In this document: positions 29,201 through 40,269 of the stretch, piece after piece
Layout of the letters: the number at the start of each line of letters is the position of its first letter
How positions within the stretch are numbered: position 1 is the stretch's first letter
Assembly (NCBI GenBank): GCA_000182565.2
Contig: KQ257455.1
Strand: one strand, 5' to 3'
Length of the DNA: 64,000 nt
DNA from: Spizellomyces punctatus DAOM BR117
Lineage: Eukaryota
Made by a program: the position numbers and the translations under genes
Notes under the pieces: generated by a model
Seen by the model: the letters and a program-made list of their open reading frames with translations, nothing else
Told to the model about the DNA's origin: nothing
The model's database searches: none

Positions 29201-29306
29201 CCACGCCCCATATTTTCCGCCCCAAAATGATTATTCCTTCCTTGTCCTTTTCCGCTTCCAAGAGATGGCGTTCGCCATTGTCCTCTATAAGAGAAATTGC
29301 GTACAT
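26245..29306 (-). CDS. APTX: Multidomain aprataxin: FHA - acidic tract - PBZ - circularly permuted macrodomain - HIT - Zn finger
   Basis: FHA IILGRK..KRCSRQQ..RQLGPNDS; PBZ CKYGQSCYRKNPMHFAEFAHP; macro IQGDIS and VIHVVGPNLNPKRPD; HIT VVIRDKYPKAKKHLLILP, GFHAIPSMRQLHMHVISQDF, KHWNSFT; ZnF CHRC..PSLKKHIAEC. All joined in frame by GT-AG introns. Confidence 0.9.
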
Positions 29307-29507
29307 TGCTCCTTCAGCGATCTTCCGGAAGGAAGTTGGCTGGTGACGTTGGATGGGCACATTCGAATGTCCATGGAACTCAATTTCAATCCCTAAAAGG
29401 ATATGGCTACAACCCAGCCAGTCTCACGAAAATCGCGAGGGGGACGCAACGAGCAACATCTTTCATCTCAACGAGCAGAATTTAACCTGAACAGGGGATC
29501 TTCTTTG

Positions 29508-30688
29508 ATGATGGCATACAGCGGTAATTCTGCTCCAATCCCCCCCGCTGGGGATGCCCCTCCGCCTCCTCCAGCACCTTACGGTGCTCCACGAGGTAAT
29601 CGCGATCGGTCCCGTTCCCCGGGCGCTCGCCGCAGATCCATGTCTCCTCGAGGTGGACGTAGATCGCCTTCTCCACGCGGTGGACGTCCTCACCCACAAT
29701 ACTACGACTCTCGTGGGCCTGCGCCCTATGATGGTCGTGGCTACGAACCTCCTTACGAGCGCGGTTACGGTGGTTACGATCGAGGGTATGAGGGTCGAGG
29801 CGGATATCCTCCTAGAGGCAGTTATGGAGGCTACGGTGGACGTTATGAAGAAGGCTATGGAGGCCGCTATGGCGGCGGAGGCGGCGGCTACAGGCGCCGT
29901 AGCCCGCCCCCGAGGAGACGTTATGAAGTGATAAAGTGCGTATACCTGGCTTTTTGTCGCTGCTCCATTCACAATATCAATGATACTTTTTCAGAGGAAA
30001 TGACGAACAGCGACAAACGACGTCCTGTCTGTACGTCGGAAATCTGCCCTACAGTTTCCGTGAAGAAGACGGTAAATTGCATTGAATGAGCTGTCCTGTG
30101 CAGTCGAGGTACTGATCGTTACTTGCATAGTCCAAGATCTTTTCGACCGCTACGGAAGGCTGCGTAGTGTTTCTGTGCCATTCGATCGCTTTACTGGCCG
30201 TAACAAAGGGTATTACCTCAGACGTTTCGTTATTTTTCCCCTCAGCATCTGTCTCATGAGTTCACGTTGCCAGCTTCGCTTTTGTCGCTTACGAAGATCG
30301 CCGCGATGCCGAAGATGCCAAAAATAAGTAAGCAGGAATGACTACCCTAGCAAGCGCAATTACTGTGAAGAATGACCGTGTTGTCCTGGTGTAGGTACGA
30401 TGGATTTCTCGTCGAAGGTCGTCGTTTGAAAATCGACTGGGACATTGGTCTCGACAAGAAGGATGAGATCAAATCCACTACGCGCCCAGCTCGCGGTGCG
30501 CCCGGTGATGACTTTGGCAGGGACCGTCCGCGCTCTCCCCCGCCTGCTCCTGCTGGTGAGTTCAACACGGTTTCCAGTCATTTCGGCGGTCTGCTTATCA
30601 TTGTGTTCATTTAGCAGGCCGGCGTTCACCTCAGTACAGTCCGTACAGAAGGCGGTCTCCGAGCCCCTTCGGCGCTCGTCATCCCTAA
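29508..30688 (+). CDS. RS/RGG-rich single-RRM RNA-binding protein (SR/Tra2-like)
   Basis: RSRSP repeats and GGY/RG tracts; RNP2 LYVGNLPY, RNP1 KGFAFVAY, YDGFLVEGRRLKIDWD; RS tail. Confidence 0.88.
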
Positions 30689-31299
30689 GCAATGATGAAG
30701 TGGGTTGCTTTCCCGATGTGGATATGAATGTATAAATAATCTAGGATGGAGAGTGGTAGCGATGACAACAATGGATGTGGGAGGAGAAACCAGTTGATTA
30801 TGTTTACTCTGAGGAATCGTGCCGTACCTGTCAGTCGACATGGATTAATGTCGTCGGAATGCCGAGTCGAAGGCGTAATTTTTAATTGAGAAAGTAATTT
30901 TGCTGGAGAGCCAAGTAGAGCGGCGACGTGGATTTTTTTGACGAGGCAGAAAATGTGGAATTGAGGCAGAATTCAGCATTTTGGAGTGGTTGCTTAGAAG
31001 CACTTGGACATTGACGAAATACTGTAGCAACGGCCCCCTTCAAAATGTTTTCATGAGGAGGCCCGCATCTATTGCGTAAGTACATTTGTGCATTTCGTGT
31101 ATTTGATTTCATGCAGCCAAGAGAACTTTTTGCCTTGCACCTCATGAGTACAAACTCGAAAATCATGGGAGTGGGACGGCTAGACATCCCTCTATACACA
31201 ACAGCCAGGAAACCCGTGTGTCGACAAAAGATACGCTGTACATGTATTGTTATTATTACAAACCGCTAAAGGCACGAGCTGAGCATATAAAAGCGAAGG

Positions 31300-33287
31300 T
31301 CAAAACCTTCCTCGTCCGAGCGTTGGTCGCCAGTTGATTGGGTGCGTTTCGGGCGTCTACGAAAGACAATTAGCACCACTGCGGTGGTGTCTCCTGCGCC
31401 TCGTCACTTACAGCGTTCTCATCCTCCTTCCAAATCTTTATTGTTTTATCTGCCTCTCCTGTGATCAATCGGGAACCAGTTTTATCAAATGCTGAGCAGA
31501 AAATGCCTGCTTCGCTATCCAACGATCCAGGCTGTACGAGGGACTCTCCGGTTTGGAAATTGTACCCAGTTTTGTAATCCCAAAAGTACATGGAGCCGTT
31601 ATCACCTGTCATATGGGATGCAGTAAGACACTCGCAACCGCAATCCGCGCGAACCATTGCCAACCCGTACCTCCCGAGAATAGTACTCCCTCTTGATTAC
31701 AAGCCAAGGTATTAACAATGGAATTGTGGCCCTCGAGATTCTGGATGAAATTTCCTTCTGGACACTTCCACTGCTTAATGTTATCTGGACTTGCACTTGC
31801 AAAGGTAAACTCCATTGGATTGATCGCAAGGGCTCTGACTGCCTTTTTGTGATGTGTCAGTGTCGTCATTGTTTTCCCAGCAGCAAGATCCCAGAGCCGT
31901 ATTGTCGAGTCCATCGATGCGGAGATGACCTGTGGATCGGCTTCCTGACACTTCACATCAGACACGGTTGATGTGTGCCCCGTCAAAGCAAAGACCTGTG
32001 CTTTCGTACGCATGTCCCAAACCTGGAAGATAGGCGACTCGTCAGTGCTTCAAGCGACAACGGAAGCTATTTGCAGGTCTAACTACTCACCCTAGCAGCG
32101 GAGTCTCTGCCTCCAGTGACAAGGAGATCCAGTGTTGGGTGCAACGCCAATGTGTAAACACCGCTAAGGTGACCGTGATAGTGCCGGATCACCTTGTTGT
32201 ATTCAAGATCCCAACATTTTACCATTTTGTCTTCACCAGCAGAGAAGAGGTATGGATGCCGTGGTGATACCGCCAGGCCGCGCACCGAAGCGATATGTCC
32301 CGTCAAAGTCAATTTCAAAGTGCCTGAAGCCAGGTCCCAAATCTTGCAAGATCCCATCGGATGAGCAGCACGCAAACCCTTGCAACCATTCAAGATAATC
32401 TTACCTTAATCACCCGATCGCCCGCTCCGGTTGCAAACCACTCGTTGCCTGGTTCAATCGCCACAGAACGTACCCATCCCAAATGACCGCTGATAACCTA
32501 CGAACCCAATGCAAATTGTCATCAGTTTGAATCTTCTCAGATTTCAAGAGACAGATACCCACCCGCATAAGCTTCCATGGTGCATGCCACTTTGGTTTTG
32601 GGACTTTCCGCGGTTCCTTGATTCGTATTAGTGCCGATGATGCATCCGAGGTTCTGGGACCGCCAGGTAAAGCTCCCTGGTTCCGAAGTGCAACCACGCC
32701 GGCTGCCGCTTGAGGTACTTGCCTTCTGTAAAAAGGGCTCAGGGTAAGTTTCCATAAAAATTCAACACTTGCACCCGTACTGGAGCCTACCCCTGTTCTC
32801 GGTTGACGGGCAGCGTGTGAATGAGTGTCTGGACAGTACTATCAGACGCTTCGGCAGCGTTCGCTTCTGCGACGCGGCATTAGACTTTACACCTATGCAC
32901 AAGCTACTGACAGCTGCTTACCCCTGACAACCGACTGTGGTTGACTTGCCGAAACAGCCGAACCCGGTGCTCTCGCAGGTATAGGTTTGGCTGTCTGTGC
33001 CTGGACAACCTTGGGCAATTCCCTCACATGGTCCCACTCATCCGCAATCTTCGAACTCAACTTCAAACGCTGACTACAAATGCGCATCAGATTTAAGCTT
33101 CCTCGACCATTCGTTATGAGCAACTAGTTATTCCGGCAACAAACCTTGGGGGATCCGCAGGTGCTGTTATGCCAAAATTGGCCAGGAAGACCTCATGTGT
33201 TCGCTTGATGGAGTGTTCCACAAGATCTTTCAAGGATGGAGCTGACTGATTGTCGTCCGCAGACCCGTTACTTTGTACCTGGGTCAT
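31300..33287 (-). CDS. PRP46: Pre-mRNA splicing factor Prp46/PLRG1 (WD40)
   Basis: [90 protein letters not shown]. Confidence 0.96.
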
Positions 33288-33492
33288 TTCAAACGCAAAG
33301 CTAGAGAATGGATTTGAGTATCCTTCGTGATCTCAACTACCCAACCTCAACAGGGTTGAACACAACAAATGGATCCGGCTCAAAGTTGCACGTGATCTCA
33401 TTCTGACTTTGGTATTATACACAGTGGGAATAAAGGTACGAACGAGTTATTATGAAGATATGATATAAGAAATATTTTATTAGATTAAACTA

Positions 33493-35017
33493 TTACCGTC
33501 GACCAGTGGCCATTAACCACAGCATTGCTAATCTATAGGTAGCCAGCAACCAAGGACGATGTGCAAGAACGACCAGCTCTGGGCACAATCCCACATCCCA
33601 TTTAGTTAACCCCAAGCTCTGAACCACAAGAGGTAGTGTTACAGAGACGGTGAGCAATAGCATAATACTGCCAATGACCTGCCGGGCAGGTGTGTTATGA
33701 ACTTGGAAGACAAGTTTGGGTGCTAGCCTATAGAACCCAACTGTGGTTGCCAGACCAAAGTAGGCCACCGATATAGGCTCTGAGAGAGTCCACCACCTGG
33801 GTGGAGGTTCACCGACTCGCCACAGGATGTTTTGACTTAGAACTTCATCTGCCAAGCTCGATAATATCCTCATCAATACCGAAATCCATCCCACGAGTGA
33901 CATGGAAAAGAGCGAGACAGCGATCAGAATTCGCATCAATGGGCTGTAACGCTCCAGTTGCCGCAATTTGCCTATGTCAGCTCGGAGAGCGGAAATTTTC
34001 CAAACGATTGCCTCGGTGTCCACCTCCCCATCGAGTTGGCCCCTTCGCGCGGTGTCTTTTCTCGTCTCCTGATTATTGTGCAGTTTGTTTTCCAATGCCA
34101 TAATCTCAAATTCCAATTCAGTTATTGAGTCCCTGGTTCTCTTCTTATGATCCAAAGGGAGCGCGAAACTCCCGGGCAATGTAAATAACTGCACCACCCC
34201 ACGTGGTGTAGCTAGGCCAGCAAGTACGCCGCACGGTATACTGACGACAATGTTCAAGGCAGATAGCCACGGGTGTGTTTCTATGAAAGCTTCAACCCCG
34301 AGCGTCTTGGTTATGATGAACAGTAGGCCAGCTCCGAGAGCCCAGAACAGCACCAAAACCTGGAGACATTCTTTAGTTTTTGCCAACCACGTCCTTCCAT
34401 GGGCTTCAAGAATAAAATAGCAAAATGGCATAAGTCCGTAGAGTGAGAGAGAGGAAGCAATGGAGGTATAATTCCAAAATCTATGATTGGCGATACAAAC
34501 ACCAATAGGATCGGATTAGCTTTCTGAAAGGCCAAAAAAACCGGGAGACCAAGCTTTAATGCAAGTACCTATCTAGCATAGATTTCTCTATGTAGTCACC
34601 AAACCCGGCAGTCAGTGGCAGTAACAAAAAGCCTGCTGTAGCGGCACCTAAGCCAGTGCAACAGAACATAACTGCTATGGAGGATTCGGCCAGCTCATCG
34701 TCGTCCTCCGTCGAATCATTGATGCTGCTATAGTTCATGGTGCTCATGGTAGAGTTACTAGCATAATGATCGGAAGTCGACCGGCGTCTTCTTAGAGAGC
34801 TCCCGTCATCTCCAAGATCATCCCGATTCCAGGTTGCCCCACTTTCCCACGAGAAATTCTTTGTTCCATTGCTCACTCTTCGAATGCGATATCTACGTAG
34901 TAACAGCGCTGAGATGCCCTCCAGAGCCAACGCAAAAAGCAGAGCTACAATATTCTCTCGAACGACGCCGTAAAATCCGCTCGCGGGCAAGTCTTCGTCC
35001 TGGTGGATCTCTCGCAT
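33493..35017 (-). CDS. LMBR1/LMBR1L-like multi-pass membrane protein; 2 exons
   Basis: FYGVVRENIVALLFALAL..LLRRYR, GFLLLPLT and spliced DRFWNYTSIASSLSLYGLMPFCYFILEAHG, which resemble LMBR1 VRE..LF, VLLLPFS and LWN..LMPFAFFFLESEG; about 9 hydrophobic segments. Confidence 0.75.
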
Positions 35018-35249
35018 CACGGGACAGAAACACACTACCCCTGCCAAGAACGTGCGCGTCTACGCGCGTACTGAGTCGACAAGTGCTCGAATGCTCCGTG
35101 TTCGCATAATAAATGCTCGACGAGACCAATGTCCGCGCACTAATGTCGCAGTCGCTTCAAAAGTTCGCCACGAACGCCAATCCATTACCAACGCACGTGA
35201 CTGCGCATTAGAACCAGATTTGGGCGAGTTGCGATCCGCCCAGCAAGAA

Positions 35250-36167
35250 ATGCCTGAAATGGCGGGCCTTACTGACGTCTTCCGCAACCATGTGCAAGTC
35301 ATTGAGAGCCACAGTACTCGATATGTCCTGAGTTCGTCCCTTACCGGGGATCTCTGGATCGTCCAGCTTGTGGGAGAGTCGCACCTTTACGAAGCGCGTT
35401 TAGCGAATTCAGACCAAGAAAGTTTGGTATGCCTCTTGTGAACAGAGTTGCACCTTTTGCATTTAGTGGCATACCACTATGAACTGTGTTCTGTGTCTGC
35501 CTGCATATTAGTTATCAGATACGCATCAAAGTACTCGTTTTGAAACTGCCTGGAGGGCCCGAGATATCGCTATTATCGAAAGGAGCGGACGGTCTGCTGA
35601 AGTATGCAGTTCGATTATGACACAGCCTGTTGTACATAACCGTAAATAATGGCGCATAGTTGATAGTCGACCCGATTGCTACATACCCATTCAAAATTCA
35701 ATTGAAAGGAAAGGAGTATGAGACATTTGAAGCTCTCAGGAACTTGCTTCTATTATTGGCTGATGCTTCAATTGGGAGGCCGCATACCGATGCATTTCCA
35801 AGAGCCGGTGTGTTGTATTTCGACATATAGACAGTGTACTATCCATCCATCGTGACCGCTTATCTTAGATGAAAGGATAAGACAGTTGGAAGATGAACTG
35901 CAAGCTGCCAAGAGAGAACTGGAAAGAATAAAAGGAATGGCATCCAACCTGACAATGGACATAGGTATATCCCATGAACCTTCTAATTACATCAGTATGG
36001 AGTCCAGGATACTGATCTTTGTGAACGCCACACTGCATGTAGGCCCGTCAAAACGTAGCGCACCGGTGAAAAAAGCAAGCATGGCAAAGAGCCTGGTAAA
36101 TCCTAGAGTGAAAATGAAGGTTGCAAAGGGCACGGAATTCGGAAGCGACACGGATGACGAAGAGTAA
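35250..36167 (+). CDS. PAXX: PAXX-like (XRCC4/XLF superfamily) NHEJ factor; 5 exons, about 200 aa
   Basis: Beta-rich head (RYVLSSSLTGDLWIVQLVGESHLYEARL), FKIQLKGKEYETFEALRNLLLLLAD, coiled coil, and C-terminal SLVNPRVKMKVAKGTEF matching the PAXX Ku-binding motif SLINPGFKSKKPAGGVDF. Confidence 0.75.
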
Positions 36168-36424
36168 TATCCGCTACAAGAAGATTGACATACTACTTGG
36201 AGAGTATTGCACAGAGCGGGAGAAATGTATTGTGGTTATGAATACATGGGGACGCCATCCCTTCAGTTGCCTCCTCGGTTATCAGCAATAGAAGTCGATG
36301 AGTCGGTATAGACAAGAGGGACACCAATCCCCCTGATATCAGGACACTGGTTGACTCCTCTGAGCGATCGCTACACAGCGATGTGGTCTTGCGATGCAGA
36401 TACACACGCAGCCGCCGCCCCCTT

Positions 36425-37112
36425 TTAGATCTCGTCGATATCGAACTCGACGTTGACCTCTGCAGAAATCGGCGGTCAGGTAAGCCATAATATCTACGAA
36501 CAGAAAGAAGTAAACATTTACCCTCGTCTGAGTCCTCCATGATCTGTGTGTCGTTGATTTTGATGTTGTCGGGTAGTTCTCCATATGATTTCAACATTCG
36601 GGCTTCATCTGGGGTGTATTTCAAAATAACGTCGGCCTTGGAGTCCTGATAGTCTCGCAGACCTAGTAGTACCAAGTCACCCTGTGTAATCCTGTGAATA
36701 GGACAAACATGTGATGAATGGTAAGGACAAACAATGGCGATTAAATGACAACATAGAAACCCACCAAACCTTCTTCCTGAAAGCTCCACGAATGTGGGCC
36801 AATCGCTTCTCCCCATCACAACATTGAGCCTCCACCCAACCATTTCCCAGCATCTTCGTTACAGTGGCATACTCTTGTCCGTCCTCTTTGAACACCAATT
36901 CACGTTTCTCGGACTCGTTCTCATTCTTTCCCCTGAGAGCGATAGTTATATGATTAATGGAGGACAATCGCAAATCAACAAGCATTTCCTTTAAAGTGAC
37001 AATCTCCCACAAGGACTTCGTATCAATACCCTCCAAACCTACTAGACCTTACGTCGGATACTTCGACTCACCTCTTCCTGTTCTTTCCTCCCTTTCCCTT
37101 ATTTTTGGGCAT
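36425..37112 (-). CDS. TIF11: Translation initiation factor eIF1A
   Basis: [69 protein letters not shown], ends FDIDEI*. Confidence 0.97.
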
Positions 37113-37417
37113 AATGAATGTCACTTATTGCTTCGCAATTCCTGCGGCCAAACCCTCCACTAAAATTATCCTTCGGTAACGCAAGTCCGTCAGGCTCCGT
37201 CGAACAGAGATCGTCGATCTATGACCTGATTTGCTTCGTAGAATCTACCGCCACTGGGCCACCAATGAACTGCGAAAGTCGAAACCTTTTAGCTCAACCC
37301 TTCGGCGTTGTCGTAGCAACTAAATCACGTGACCAATGGTTGCGTGTGAATTGTTTTTGGGCTTAGCTCCTGTAGCTAGATCGCAGGCGATTTTCCCAAG
37401 CTTTTCCCTAACGAAAC

Positions 37418-38949
37418 ATGACATCCTCGGCCACACTTGAAGGTCTACTTCCTCTAGTACTAAGATTTCTGGAAGATTCTGGTGCCGCGAAAGCTGCAAA
37501 GGCCTTGAAAAAGGAGCTACCACTATGTGTAAGAACGTTGGTGCCAGCATGCGTCCTCGGACGGGTTCTAATATCTTTAGCTTCCTTCTAGACTAAGGAT
37601 GCTAGTGCCGAGGATGGCAAAACACTTATAGAATTATATGAAGCTTATATCAAGCTGCGGCAGAGGTATGCTATCCCTGACACTCATTACTCCGCGGCAT
37701 GGGCTTATGCACTAGCAGCAGCATTGATCTTAAAGAAGAGCATGAAACATCAGACTCGGAATCAGAGTCGGACTCTGGGTCTGATTCCAGCGAAAGTAGT
37801 GAAAATGAGGAAGCACCGAGAAAATCACAGAAAGTCACTAAAGGTAGTGGTGCACGTGACTCCTCTGGGAGCGACAGTAGTGAGGAAGGATCAAGTTCTG
37901 AGGACGAGCAGGATTACTCAGATAATCAGAGTTCAAAGATATTAAAAGAGGTGAAAAATACAATTTTGGTTAAAATTGATGCGTAATTTTGAATGGTTCG
38001 TGCATTAGAGGGGCAAGGCGAAGACAGCAGCAAAAGCCAAAAAGGAGGAATCGTCGTCTTCAAGCAGTGATTCTTCCGATTCAGATTCAACGGAATCGTC
38101 GTCTTCTAGTAGTGAATCTTCCGATTCAGACTCAACGGAATCGTCTTCGAGTAGCGAGTCCTCCGATTCAGACTCAACGGAATCAACTTCCAGTAGCGAG
38201 TCTTCCGATTCAGATTCAACGGAATCGTCTTCCAGTAGCGATTCTTCTGATTCAGATTCAACGGAATCATCGTCTTCTAGCAGCGAATCCTCAGATTCAG
38301 AGAGTAGTGAAAGCTCCAGTTCTGATAGCGATGCAAAGCGGAAAAAGGTTAAGGCAAAGCGGCGTGAAACGAAAAGGAAGGCTGAAACAAAGTCGAAAGT
38401 TGATAACAAAAGGAAGGTCAAGGAAACTGAACCAGAGACGCCAAAACGCCCGGATAAGAAACGAAAACGAAATGAGGATGCTGAAGCAAACTCTCCTGCT
38501 CCCAATGGCACCTCGAGCTCAGGCCCTTCTACCAAGAAGCAAAAGCAGGTCAATGGCTCTGCACAGAAGACTGAGGTAGAATTTTGATCGCGCCGCTGAC
38601 ATTACCAACTGTGCTAATCGATGTTGCTGCAGCGGTTCCAACGCGTGAAAGAAGAAGAAGTAGATCCGCAAAAGATTATCAACAATGCGTACATGGCAAA
38701 AGGCGGTGCCGATAGCAGTTACGGTCTCAAGGCTCACCAAGATTTGATTGTTACCAGGGGAAAGGGATTCCGTAACGAGAAGAACAAGGTATTTTTGTGC
38801 TTGCTTGCGCGCGATCTGCGTTTCGTCCTCGCAGGATCCATATTCACACTTGTTTATCTTCGCAGAAAAAACGGGGAAGCTACCGAGGCGGTAGGATCGA
38901 TACCGAATCTTATTCTGTCAAATTTGCGCAGAGCTCTGATGAAGACTAA
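37418..38949 (+). CDS. SRP40: Nucleolar phosphoprotein Srp40/Nopp140
   Basis: N-terminal LisH-like LVLRFLEDSGAAKAAKALKKE, Ser/Asp repeats, C-terminal RFQRVK..YGLKAHQDLIVTRGKGFRNEKNKKKRGSYRGGRID. Confidence 0.93.
38048..38300 (+). repeat. Coding tandem repeat, about 6 units of 42-45 nt (ESS(S)SSSD/ESSDSDST)
   Basis: Recurrent GAATCGTC(GTC)TTCnAGnAGnGAnTCnTCnGATTCAGAnTCAACG units starting at 38048, 38093, 38138, 38180, 38222, 38264. Confidence 0.9.
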
Positions 38950-39139
38950 GTGGCTGACCGTGCAAGGAGTTTGGGAGCACATTATCGTGTATAATAATTT
39001 AGATGTGCAGAATATTAGATAAGAGAATCAAAAAACGCGACAATTGATATTTGCATGAAATCCAAAACGCTTGCATATAATACACTTTTGACCAAAAAAA
39101 ATGACGTGCTAGTATCCCAAAACCCATTACAACTATTCT

Positions 39140-40269
39140 CTAAACCATTTGCATTTGTGAAAAATGCCGTTCAAACTTTGACAGCATCCTTTCATACTCT
39201 TTACATGCTGTGTCGTCATTAAGGTCGACACGTCGGCGGGAAGCTCTTCGTCTGCCCAAATCCAATTTGCTTTTGCTTTGGTGGCGCTCGGCAGCAGTGG
39301 GCAAATCGATTGACCTGCTCATGGTGAATTGGTTGGCGTCTGGGGAGGAACGGGTATATGACGTCCTCTTGGCATCGGGCATGCCTAGATATGCTTCGTC
39401 AGCTATGGAACCCATCAACGCTGCCAGCTTTTCTATAGCTGAGTTCGGAGATTCCAGTATCGCATCAGAGAGATCGGATCGGAGGGATGGGGAACGGGGT
39501 GTGGTAGGTGAGAGTCTGTTAGTGTCAAAACCAAATGGATAACTGGTCGGTTCCGTGGATGACGAACGAGGAGTGTAGGTCTCCCACAAATCCAACTTGA
39601 GTTGAGGTCCTTTGCTCAAGTCCAATGGCTCTTTTGGGAGTGGAACAAATTCTTCATCCGGATCATCCACATGTGTGCGAGTAGACCCGTTTGTGTAAAT
39701 GGAAGAAGAGCGACGGCGAAGGTACGTAGGGGTAGAGGTTCCAGAGACGTCCTATATGACACGAATTTGAACACAGGGAGCCATGGGTCGAAAAAGCAGT
39801 TATTACATACCACTTCGTGTTCTTCCATTTTCAAATCCGCAAAAGACAAATCAGAAGGGCCCGATTGACGGTAGGAATGGCCTTTGCTCGGAGATGATAC
39901 CAAGGTCGTATCCCCGTCTGACAAACTGCTTCTGACGAGGCCATCTGAGCTAGTTCGTTCAGATATGTCACTACTTAGACGTCTAACTTGTTCTGCCCAT
40001 ATGTATTCTCTCGAATTACGGTGCTCAATTTCAACCTCTAAAAGATCTGTTGTGATTGAAGAGATTTGCTCCTTTTCGGTAGAGTCGGTGGAAGGCTTTC
40101 GTTCGTGTTTTGACTTGCTCTTGTGTCCAATATGGAGTATCTTCGACAATCTGCGGTGTTTCTTTGATTTCTTTCCAGTAGCGTCGTCAAGGCCATCAGT
40201 GATAGGATTGGCATGGGGGTGCTTGTCTTTGGAGGAAAAGGGCTTTGTGAACACTGAAAGTGGTCGCAT
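39140..40269 (-). CDS. Hypothetical Ser-rich protein; 2 exons
   Basis: ORFs 39616-40347 and 39140-39670 join in frame through a gtatgt...atag intron (EEHEV|DVSGTSTP); no family recognised. Confidence 0.6.

Noticed and set aside
38005-38553. 182-aa antisense ORF with EDDSVESESE repeats
   Set aside because: It is the mirror of the SRP40 Ser/Asp repeat, which lacks stops on the other strand
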